Shown: positions 11,701-22,883 of the stretch, in pieces
Numbering within the stretch: the first letter of the stretch is position 1
How the letters are laid out: the number at the start of each line of letters is the position of its first letter
Position numbers and translations under genes: made by a program
The notes under the pieces: generated by a model
Told to the model about the DNA's origin: nothing
The model's input: the letters and a program-made list of their open reading frames with translations, nothing else
The model's database searches: none
NCBI GenBank assembly: GCA_047495785.1
Contig: JBLDXI010000009.1
Location: 372,001-436,000 of the forward strand
Length of the DNA: 64,000 nt
From: Lepidodermella squamata
Lineage: Eukaryota > Animalia > Gastrotricha
Direction of reading: 5' to 3'

Positions 11701-14700
11701 GATGATGGTAATAATAAATAATAATGCTTGTTTGTGGATGTGTTTATCCAAGATGATAATAATAATAAATGGCTGAAGTGTATGAAGTGAATGGGGATGT
11801 AAATTTTGTAATTAGGCGAAGCGATGGCGACCGATCGTCGTCAGCGCGCCGTCTGTTTGCGGAAACGACTAGTAAGTAGCCGCCCGCCCGCTCGCTCGCT
11901 CCCAGTTCATTTCAGTCCAGTTCAGTGAGGTCGCGCCCGCCAAGTTGTCATGTGTCGATTTCAAGCTGCCGAAAGCATTGATCCGGGCCGGGCGAACGCC
12001 ACGGCGGTCGCGTGCGCCGCGCTTGTTTGCCTGTACTGGTTTGTTGCTGAAATCGAAATGGCGACCAATCGCACATGCCGCTTGGCCACAACCACGCGAA
12101 TAATCACACTAATACGACCGTTGTGTCCGTATATCGATGGCTCCGTGTGCTGGTGACGCGAAAAAGAGAACAAGACACCAAGCGGGCATATGTTTAGCCA
12201 AATCACATGTTTTGCGCGATGATAATAACGCCGATGCATGACGCCCATTGTGTAGTGGTGCCTGGTGCCGAGTCGCCGGGCAACTAAGTTTGTATTCATT
12301 ATACAAAAATCGTGTTGTGAATGAACGAAAGTGACGACGATCGCCGATAGATATGCAATTCAATAAGAGCCACAGCCGCTTCTGCTGCCTGCTGATGCAC
12401 CAGAACTTGGTTCGTCTGGCCGGCTTTGGCACTTGCAAATCGCGTCTCGCGTGATCATAAGTATTCCGTGATTGTTGTTGATTGCTGCTGTTGTTGTTGA
12501 TTGATTGATTGAATGCAGACAACGTCGCCATAGCGCGACGAGCCAAAAAATGAGCGAAAGCAAGCAACAAAAAACATGCGGAGTAACTTGCTCATTTGGC
12601 GGTTAGTGTTCGGATTAAACTTTAATTGCGATGTGTGATGATGATGGGCTGCCGACGTGCCAAGTGTGCTGGCGAAGCAACAGAACGGTGGTGATGATGA
12701 TGATGAAACGTTGACATGTGATGATAATAGAGAAATTTGAAATAGCACAAAGCTGAACGCGTCGTCTGTCGTCAACTTCCCTATCTCTATCTCACTCTCT
12801 CGCTCTTGCTCGCTTGCTGTAGTCCTTTGCTGTAATTGCTGGTGGTGGAATTATTGGAGTTGCTGCTGGCAAACGCGAAATGATAACAGTTGAAAACGAA
12901 AGACAATAAACTGCTGGCGGAATTGACGGAGCATCTGCACGCGCCAGTTAGCAACGACGGATGAATGGAATGGAAGCGCAAGAAAGTGTCATTCGTAAAA
13001 GTACACAGAATTAGAGAGGTAGTAACAGTAGTAATAACACGCAAAATGAATTCTGGCAGCGATGACGACGACAACGACGACGACGAGGAAGTGAATGAAG
13101 GTGCCTAGACCTGCGAGTTTATTTTAATAATATTGGAGCAGCATTTATATGAGGAAAAGCGAAGAAGATGAAGAAGAAGAAGAGCGACGATGACGACTTG
13201 ATGGTAAACACACACATACTGCAAGCTCACGCATAAATAGTACGTATATGCAGAGCAGCGAACAGAGATAGATTGAATCGTCTGTCCGTCTTTGAACAGC
13301 TTCGTTCGTTCACGTTTTCACAAATAAATAGAACAAATAACGTACATACCGATGCGTGGCGCAGGTCGATGCTGTAACTTGCGCTGCGTAACCGTCCATC
13401 GTCTTCTGTCCCGGTTGTAGCGCACGAGCGCGCGCGCATCGGCATAAGCCGCTTCACACACACACACACATACACACCAACAGAACAAGGCGATGAACGC
13501 CAACACTACCTACTCACAACAAACGGCAGTAATAAAAGATGTAGTAATCGCAGTAATAACAAGCCAGTTTCCCTTTCGTTCGTTCGTTCGCTCGCTCGCC
13601 TGCACCTCTCTTCCGGATGACGAAGACGACGGCGATGATGTTGTTGTTATTTGTGAGCGGGATTGTGCTGGAAATAACTTGTTGTCTACTTCTACTTAGC
13701 TAATCGTTAATGTCTGGCCCCAAGTCCTACGTACGAACGTTCGTTCGCTTTAACGCGGGCGGCATCGATTATGCAACGCGTTGCCGTTGCGATACGTCCA
13801 ATATTATTATTAAGCTGGCTACGCGCGCGCGTATGGCTCTAGTCAGTTCCGTATTATTTTTATTATTGGTAGGTATTTGCTTAGAAGATCTCAGCGCTGC
13901 GGGATGATTCGAGTGAACGCGCTGCTCGTTAGTTATATCATTTCCAGCTACACCTTACGAAATATTACCTCACCAAACACCCACTCAACGCTTGCCATTA
14001 ATATGTACCCCGAAACAGCAGTAACAGCAGCAGCGGCAGCAGCAGTGCTTAATAGCGCGTTTATTCAGTTTTTGAACTTCTCATTGAGCGCGCGCGCAAG
14101 CTGCTCGATCATCACCCACCACCCGCCGCTGCCTGCTCCCGCCCGTACGCCCCCGCCCATCGCGCTTCCTATATTAGACACGAGCGGTGAAACAATAACA
14201 ACAACAACATCAACGAGTACTAGCAGTAGTCGTAGACTGGTCGAAGAGCAGATGGCAAACATCTGGAAGTAACTTGGCTGACTGGCAGCATCCCACATAT
14301 ATTAAATCCAAATCCAAAACATACGCGCGCGCGCATCGCAATCGCTTGAGACTTGACCGTGTGCGCTGCGACCGGTTCTACACGTTGCTAAACTGCCAAA
14401 CTGCTTCCTGAAATGTGTGTATGTGCATAAAGCCAGTGGGGCAATTATTTATCTCGCAGCTGACTGCTAAGCCAGATCATCTCATCGCGGCTTAACGAAT
14501 CGGCAGACACCTTAGCGCCGACGGTTCACGCCCTAATAGCAATTAATGCGGCCTGGTATCTATAACAAGCGCTTCCGGGGAAAGTGCCTACCTGTTTGTT
14601 ATTAAAACTGCTTCTGATCGCCGAAACAGAAGTGAGAGTGAAGAAAATATGAGAAATGCTAGTGGCCATCGCCTTCCAAGTTTTTCGATGACTCACGCCA

Positions 14701-16831
14701 TTCCGCAGATGTGATGTGGCGACATGCAAAAAGCATATCGCATCAGCTGTTACGCGCTCCAGGTTGATGACGGGTGCTGGTTGCATTATAATGAAGAAGG
14801 GAAAAAACGAAGCAAAAAATCCAACACACATCGATGGTGGCAAATATGTGAAGTTGAGTAATGACGTGCAGTAAGGCGTTGCGAACTGGTCTGGTGCCGG
14901 CTTAACGGGTTGATTTATTAGGCGGCATTTTAAGGATTTTTATCTTGCCTGGGAAGCAAATATTATTTTACATTATTACTTGTAATATACTTACTATTAT
15001 ACGAACGGTAATTTGTTCAGCAGGCGCAGAAAGGCTTTCACGCACCGCAAACGGTCTCGATCGTTTGGACGATATGCCGCCTGTTAATAACGGCGAAGAG
15101 TGAAGCGGTTACATAAATTTTCCAGTCACTCGATACGCTGCAGTTTTAAGGAAGTTGGCAAAGTTATAACGAACGGGCTATGATGGTTAACTGAGCCAGC
15201 TTAAAACGCCGAAACCGAACACCGCCAGCAGAGAAACAAATAATATTAATAGTAATAATAATCGTATTGATAGGAACAGCTATATAATTTAGCGTTGTCG
15301 CAGCAGTAATAATCCGGAGATGGTGTTACGAAGATAATAAGAATTATTAGCTGGATGTGAATAAATAACGAACTTGCGGGCAATTATTATTGTTATTTGG
15401 TGGAACTGCGCGCGAGGCGGCTTGCGATACTTACGATCGGCAATTACGCGCGAAATCCACTCGAAGAAGCGGAATTCGGGGGACACGCAGGGGTCAGCCA
15501 GCTATTCTAATTCAATAAGCGCGCCGTGTCTGCTGGCGATAAATTGGCTTGCGTTAATTCAATTTGCGCCTAAGACGGCGATCTAATGGCAGCAACTTGA
15601 AAACATATTGTTTGTTTATTAACAGGCGAGGACCGCGAAGCGCGGCTCGAGCGGGGTGGCAAAATTCTGACCAACTCGCACACGGTCTCGGCGGCTGTCA
15701 TGCCGGCCGGCCTTGCTAGCGGCTCTTCCGATTTTTTCAAAGTCGGCAACAAAGTGGTTGCCATTCTACAGGCTCATCGTCAAACACTTGCACGCCAGTC
15801 GACCACCCTTGCAAACTCTATTTTACGAGTAAGTCAATTGGAAAAAATTAAGGTGGATTTTACAATTTGATGAAAATGAGAGAAAAAGTTGTGGATTTGG
15901 TGCCGAAATTAAAATGAAATCGCTGTTATTACAGATTAGCCGCTGTCAACTGGCGTCGATTTACCCGATCGCGCCGCTGCGGGCGTGCGTGGTCGACAAA
16001 TGCCGCTCGACGACGATAGTGTTGGGCGCCATTCAGACGACTCTGTACGTAACCGGCTGCGAAAATGTGTCGATCGCGGCCGCGTGCCGACGCCTCGTCG
16101 TCGTCAACTGCGTCAACTGCACCTTCTACCTGTTGACGCCAACGTCGCCGCTTATCATCGGTAGGTATTTGCCTGATAAATCACGTTGGCACGTGAAAGT
16201 TTTACCATTCACGCACACTTCCATTTAAGGAACCAACGAAGGCATAACTCTGGCGCCGTACAATGTCGTGCACCCGCTGTTATCCGAACAACTCGCTAGC
16301 GTCGGCTTGCCTGCTAAGCCGAACAAGTGGGACGAGTTCCGCCAGCCGTCAGCTGATTGGTCGTCGTCCTCGTCGGGTAACAGCAACGAGTTGACTGGCG
16401 ACCAGCAGCAACCGATCGTCCGGCTCATGGACCCGTCAGAGTTCTGCCTCGGCAGGATTCCGTTCGAACTCGAAGGCCCGGATGGCTCGAGCCGATTGCT
16501 GGTTAAATTACCCGCGGCCTATCAAGCCTCGCTAGATGCCGCTGAAGACCAGTTGGCGAAATGGACGGCGCACGTGCGACGCGTTCTCAGCCGGCCGGAA
16601 CAGCAAGATGAGTTGGAAGCGTTTACGATGCGCCATTTCAAGGAGTGGCTGCTATCGACGGGCCACTCGGTTCAAATCGAAAGTCTCACCGTCAAACCGG
16701 TGCCTGGGTCAAATTCAGCCCCTGCGAATAGTGCTAACGCGGCGTCGGGCAAAGGCGGTCGCCCGGCTAGTGCTAATACAAGCTCATCGGCGCAACAAAG
16801 AGAGCGAGTTGAATTCGTTTCATTGGAATGA
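8769..16831 (+). CDS. TBCCD1: TBCC domain-containing protein 1 (multi-exon; 5.6-kb intron 9981-15625)
   Basis: Spliced motifs follow TBCCD1 order: 'WLRTEPFVFSALPIAPHSKL', 'SVDARRFVVFLMLQHLHKISLRSSLQGGEEWP', 'NPFGLVACSLNGKRLVWP', 'RQTLARQSTTL', TBCC beta-helix 'IYPIAPLRACVVDKCRSTTIVLG...LLTPTSPLI', 'LAPYN...NKWD'. Confidence 0.88.
10814..11477 (-). CDS. Nested Ala/Glu-rich disordered protein (~200 aa) with a central basic segment
   Basis: ATG 11477; exons 11477-11418 and 11356-10814 join in frame across a GT-AG intron. GC-rich coding-like composition; lies antisense inside the large TBCCD1 intron. Confidence 0.75.
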
Positions 16832-17347
16832 ACTGAAATAGATTGAAAACAAAAAAATATGCCATCACCTTAATTACAGATCATCGAAATTATTGTTTTT
16901 GTTCGAGTCTGTTTATTGAGGCGTATTTCCTGTATGTAGCCTAATTTACTTTCAAACAGGCTCGAAATCTGCATGTTACTTCGTATTTTGAGGCAAAAAT
17001 TATGTACCTTATCATTCAATCTCACGGCGATGTTTCGGTTATACTCCGAAACTTCGTCTCTAAACTGGTCTGCCTTCGTTTTTCTTTGATCTATGACAAA
17101 AAGCAGAGGCCATAACAAAAAACTAATCTGCATGCCAAGCCTTTTAATAACCGTTTTTTGCTACATAACCTCTGATGCGTGTGATTGTGGTAACAGGCGT
17201 TTTTTTCGCTTAGCCTGATCCGCCTTATTGAAAATTTGAAATGTGATTCGCGGTATACAATGAAAATTAGTTTGTATTCTTATGTTTTCATAGAACCATT
17301 TTGGAAAGAATAACAATTGGCTTTACCCTCTTGCGTTTTATTAACAA

Positions 17348-18277
17348 ATGAGTGATCAAGCTGATCGGAAGAGGAAAAAAGGCTGGTACAAAGCTGGCGG
17401 GAAGGGAGCGAAGAAGGGTAGACACGGCGAGGGGGGTCCGCGCCGCAAAAGGTACGAACTTCAAGCTGGAATGGTCGGTTTCCTTGCGACGCTGAATGAC
17501 AAGCAGCAAAAACAGGCGACCAGCGAGTTGTTGAACATTTTACCCGACTTTTTACCTGACATCGGGAGTAATGATGAGGCCGGTGCGAAACCTAGCAATA
17601 GTGGGGATGATGACATAACGGCGATGTTGGCGGCCGAAAATGCCACAGCTAGTTTACTTCAATTCTGTGATACAAATGTTCCTAATATCATCTTCATCCG
17701 GCTGCCATCAGAGCATGCTAAAAAAGTCGATCTAAACCTTGTCGCTCAAAAGGTAGATGAGCCGATTTCATCGAAATTACATTGCATTAATGAATGATTT
17801 TAGATTTATGGAAGTGTCGAAACCACTGAATCTAGTTCAATGCCGCGAAATATCAGTCGATACGTCCAGCGATTGGTCCCAGTGACAGCTACATGCCCTG
17901 CCTATATCGACAGGGTGACTAAAGCTTTACAAGATTCTTTGAAAACGTTTTTGGAGTCACTCCCGTCCGAAGATCGGCAATCGATAAAGAATTTCAGCTT
18001 GTGCTTTCGCTCGACGTACAATCAGTCGATAAAAAGCCAAGAAATCGAGGATATTCTCATTTGCCAAATGGCTGAAATTGCGCCGACAATTCGCCATAGC
18101 CGCACGGCTCGCGAAAATGTTCTCGTCATTGGCATTCATATCGTGAAGACGGTGTGTTGCATCAGTTTTCTGCAAAACTTCTTCAAATTCGCCAAATTCA
18201 ACCTGGCCGAATACCAGGCGAAACAAGTGGTTGCAAGTGCAGCGGCTGAATCTCCTGGCGATAATACTGATGACTGA
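17348..18277 (+). CDS. THUMPD1: THUMP domain-containing protein 1 (Tan1-like)
   Basis: Basic N-terminus, 'GMVGFLAT', 'PNIIFIR', 'SRYVQRLVPV', 'IVKTVCCISFLQNFFKFAKFNLAE'; one intron at about 17753-17803. Confidence 0.88.
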
Positions 18278-18345
18278 AATTGTTGAGGTTTCCAAAAATG
18301 AATTAAATTTGAATCAACTTTTGCTTAGGAATTTAAAGTTGGAAA

Positions 18346-21300
18346 ATGTTCAACATTCGGAAATTAGCGACCAATATTGGCGTCTACACGAGTCTGTTGA
18401 CTGCCGGTGACATTATGTGCCAACAACTGGAGATTCGACACGCTAAAAAAGAAGCTGCGAAAACCGGTGTGCAGCCCAAGGCTGAAGAAATCGAATGGAA
18501 TAAGGAGAGAACGGGCGTTTTTCTCAAATCTGGCGTCCCGCTGGCCGTGTTGAACCACTGCTGGTACACCTACTTGGACGCTGTGCTACCTGGCAAAACT
18601 GTAAAAACTGTGATTCGCAAAGTCATCGCCGATCAATTCTGCTTCGCCCCTGTTATGGTGGTATCGTTTTTCTCAGGTGGGTGCTCCATATCTAACTCTA
18701 AGAGAGCTGTGATCGTAAATAAATAATATATATAATTGCATTATAACGACGTTATAATGCGACACAGAAAAAAATCGTTATACACTTTTCTATCGTGCAC
18801 ATTGGGCATTATTATATAGTGTGCACGACGGCCGTGCACGATGAAAATGTCAGTCTCACTTTTGTCAGGCTTTAAAAATCATTTCGGTCGATTTTAAAAA
18901 TAACCGGGCAGAATAAAACGGTTAAATTTTATATCAGCATTATCGGGCTAAGGAGGTCTATGTAATGGATCAGATCATTTATTTACAATTTGTCGCGTTT
19001 AAAATTTAGCTGTGCACGACGGATCTTGCACGACCTAGTAAGGACCAGTAATTAAATCGCCGATAATTACCGCGCCCGTACTCAAACATATATAATATAG
19101 GGAATAGTGCGCGCACCTTGATTGAGGTTATTAGCGCGCGCGGGACGCTGTACTCAAACATGAAGCCGTATTTATTACCTTAAAAATCGGTAAAATCAGA
19201 AATAATATTTCTTGTTTTGAGATTTTAATTTTAATTTTTATTGGACGCGCCTCCTTCGTCGGCGCGAACGCGCTATTTTAATTTCTACCAACTGACCCAT
19301 CCTTCTCATTTCTACATTTTTGATCTATAGCCATCAAGGCCGAGAAGCGTCCAATTGAGTCTGGTTTGTTGCTACTAAAATCGGGAAAATCAGACAAAAT
19401 ATTATTACCTTATTTCGTGTAATTTTTGTTTAATTTTTTGTGGACGCGCCTCCTTCGTCGGCGCGAGTAATATTTTTAAATAATTATTGGGAGCGCTCGG
19501 CGCATTGTTCTTGCGTGTTTGCGGTTTCATTTTAACTCCTTAATTCAATCTGGGACACGCTCCCTGCGGTCGCGTGTTCGTTTTAAATTGGGTCATTTAT
19601 TTTCTCTCGTGGCTACCTCATTTTTTAATCTGGTTTATTTATTGTCTTCAGGGCCATTGCTTGATAATTATAATTGAGATAATAGGTAAAATCAGGAATA
19701 ATTTTTTTTTCTGGACGCGCCCCCCTGCGGTCGGCGCGCATCCCTGTTTTTTCGGGTCATTTATTGTCTCTTTGGCCGCAAAGAAGCGCGTGCGCAATAA
19801 TAGTGACCTGGGTCATTTAATTGTGTCAGGTCAATTATCGGAGCGCGCCTCCCTTCGGTCGGCGCGCACGTGCCATCTTCTGGGTTTCGGTTTTTTACCG
19901 GGTTGGGAATGTGACCCAGGTCATGAAATTATTACGGGAGCGCGCCTCCCTTTGGTCGGCGCGCATATGCCTTTATACAGGGCTTGAGATTTTATTACAG
20001 GTAATGGAATGTGACCTGGGTCACGTTTTTTGGCAGGGCCGGGCGGACGCGGCAGGGGTCTCATTAATTTTACGCGGCAGCCCTATGGAATCCTAGTGGG
20101 CTGCCGCTGCGGCTGTCGTGATCAACAAAAAGGGGTGTTTTCCTCTATTTTCGGAAAAAGTTGAAATTTTCAAAAAGTCGTAGAAAATCAACGGTTTATG
20201 ACAGGGCAATTTGGAAATCAGATTCCAAGAGACAATTTGCGACTGAATATGGAAAAAATTAGCAAGACGTAAGCACACCTCCACAGCGAATAAGCGGCAG
20301 GTCTATTGATGTCTTATCAAATGAAAAATGGGTGTTATTTTCAATAATTGTAATTTTCATATATATTTAAATAAATTTAACCAGAATCAAATGGACGCTT
20401 CTCGGCCTTGATGACTATAGATCAAAAGTGTAGAAAGAGAAGGATGGGTCAGAAAGGCATCCTAGTTATCTATTTTTTTTCGTAATTTGGAATTTGCATA
20501 TTTTACGGCTATTTATAATGGCCTTGTTCCTTCGGTCAATCTCTACAAATTTGAAATGAAATGATGAAAAATAGGTGAAAAAATTTCTCTGGCGCCTTGA
20601 CCTATATTTCGGAATACGCGCGCACTCAGGTAATTAGCGTGGCCGACTATATTATTGCTGTTAATTATGGGCTGAATTTTATATAATTTTTATCTCGCTG
20701 ATTTTTCACTCGATTTTCATCGGGTAAAATTTGTTAGTCTCCGCTTGGCGAATATTATGTGGCTGCAAATTTTCAATTTTTTTAAATTAAAATTGTGAGA
20801 ATTATAGCGTTTTGAAATTTTAAAGTACTGGCATGTGTGAATGACCTAGTGCGTGTGCACGATGGCCTGGTAACAGTCGTGCACACTAATATTAGGCACT
20901 GTGCACGAAAAAAAGTGCTATCATACACTTTTTATTGCTGATGCTATACTATTGCTCATTCTGCTGCTTCAATTACATCCTTTCCTACAATCATTATCAC
21001 TAGTTTCAGCAGATCGTTTTTGATTAACGGGTAAATTGAATCACGACTTTCAAAATAGATGATAGATAGCATGCTATATTCCAGTTTCATGGTTCAAATT
21101 TTACCTTCTAACTGGTATCAAACAGCTTTTTCAGCAGGATTAGAAGCTGGTATAGCCCCTGAGAAATATTTTTCTCCTTCGAAAATTCCACAATCATTCG
21201 ATGACTTAGAAGCTATTGCATCATTTGAAACGCAGCTTTTACGGGGCACTTGCATATTTTGCCAAATTAGGCGTGAGAAGGCAAATTTGCCATTCTGGGG

Positions 21301-22691
21301 AAGACTAGCTTGTTATTTCAGTCAAAATAGGAACACATCAGCGTACAGGTAGCTTGTGGCACAAAATGCGGATTGAAAATTAAGTTAGCTTTTGGTAGTA
21401 TTTGTATCACAATTTTTTTCTCGCACGATAGCTCACGATAGCGCGAGCGATTTATATTAGAGTTATAAGCAAAAAAATAAATTTATAAAAAATTTATTAC
21501 TCTTTCGATCACAGCCCTCTAAGATGGAAGATATATTTTGATTGACTGATTGATTGATTTTTCACAGTGTGTGGAACTTTCGAAGGCAAATCTCCAGCCG
21601 AGTGCTGGCGCGAGATTCGTGAGAAAGGCCTCATAGTCTATGTTGTACGTTGATAACGTTGATTGTTTTGATTGGCGCTACTACCTGTTCGCTGCTTATT
21701 TTTTTACAGTCCGATTGGGCATTGTGGCCGCCCGCTCAGTTTTTCAACTTCTTTTTCATCCCGCCGCAATACCGCATCGGTGAGTTTCTTTTTGTATCGT
21801 ACTGTCTGGGTAAACAAATACCGGCCACAAGCGTGCTATCAACAAACCTGAACGCGCGGTTCAGGTGTTAATGCAGTTTATTAACCGCGGGGCGCCCGGT
21901 TCGGGTTAGCGGCTTCGCCTTATACTATAGTACAACATCATCTTGTTTTCGCTCGGGTGTTACGTGCGCGTGCTCTCAGCGACCGACAGATGTTTTTTGT
22001 GGCTCAATAAACGCGGTCTACATGGCTAAAGTATGCGATTGTTCTTCGGTTTTTTTCAGCGCACGTTATCGCAGCAGCCTTCTCTCTTCTCCTTGCTCTT
22101 TAATGGCCCCACTAATGTGATTTACGATACCTATAATGATAATCATTATTGCCCCGGTTGTTTTTTACCCGCCACTTAACAAACCGCGCGCGCTGTGCTT
22201 GTAGTTGCGTACGCGCGCTCGTCGATGGAAAAACAAGACATTATTATTAGAATTACCTTCGTAAAATGGCTTCACATTTTTCATGATTTGAAAAAAAATT
22301 TACAACTGATCAGCAGCAGCAGTATAGCTCGCGCGCATATCATTTTTATCACAGTAGCCATTATATGCTCGCTAATTTATGCCCGCGTCGCCGCGCGTTA
22401 TTTAGCGACGCATAATTTGGCTCGAAATCCGTCGTTTAAATAATCCAATAATTCGGCTAATGTATTATTTCATTTTCATGCGGCTTTCCTCTCTTCTGTC
22501 TAGTGTACGTCAGCCTGGTGACTCTCGTTTGGAATGTCTTCCTCTCATATGCAAAAGTAGGTTCTCCTCTCGTATTTTATTCCGATGAGTGTATCATTGA
22601 TGGTTAATATAATGTCTATTCCCAGACCGCGCAGTTGAATCTATCGAAAGTTAAATCTTTGGTAGGAATCGCGAGCAACAACGATAAATAA
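18346..22691 (+). CDS. Mpv17/PMP22-family membrane protein, copy 1 (exons 18346-18676, 21568-21644, 21710-21779, 22504-22556, 22626-22691)
   Basis: 'AGDIMCQ', 'HCWYTYLD', 'KVIADQFCFAP', 'DWALWPPAQFFNFFFIPPQYRIVYVSLVTLVWNVFLSY'; exon boundaries match the paralog at 30.6 kb. Confidence 0.9.
18702..21519. mobile_element. Non-autonomous PIF/Harbinger-like TIR element (2818 bp) in Mpv17-like intron 1
   Basis: Left end TAA|GAGAGCTGTGATCGTAA and right end TTTCGATCACAGCCCTC|TAA form an imperfect TIR with a 3-bp TAA target duplication. Removing it leaves a normal ~70-nt intron. No transposase ORF is visible. Confidence 0.8.
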
Positions 22692-22883
22692 TCCAGCCAC
22701 CGCCTCGTGGGACGGACGGCCTGTATAGCAAATCGTATTTGGCCCTGTTTTGTTTCCCGAAGCCTGAGCATCGCCATTTTATTCCCTGCAGTCCACGGCT
22801 GACCCAGCAGCCATTTCTGATTATCAATAGCTTTTGTAGTATTGCATCATCTGCCATCGATCGATTGTTCTCATCCGCCGTGC

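Noticed and set aside
11900-15500. Many short ORFs in the TBCCD1 intron (and at 37.5-38.9 kb)
   Set aside because: They derive from low-complexity and microsatellite sequence and have no coherent exon structure.
19240-19970. Spaced ~24-bp repeats superficially like a CRISPR array
   Set aside because: Spacing is irregular, the spacers resemble each other, the context is a eukaryotic intron, and there are no cas genes.
19032-20850. GACCTAGT direct repeat as a possible 8-bp hAT target duplication
   Set aside because: The sequence immediately inside it does not form a convincing TIR.
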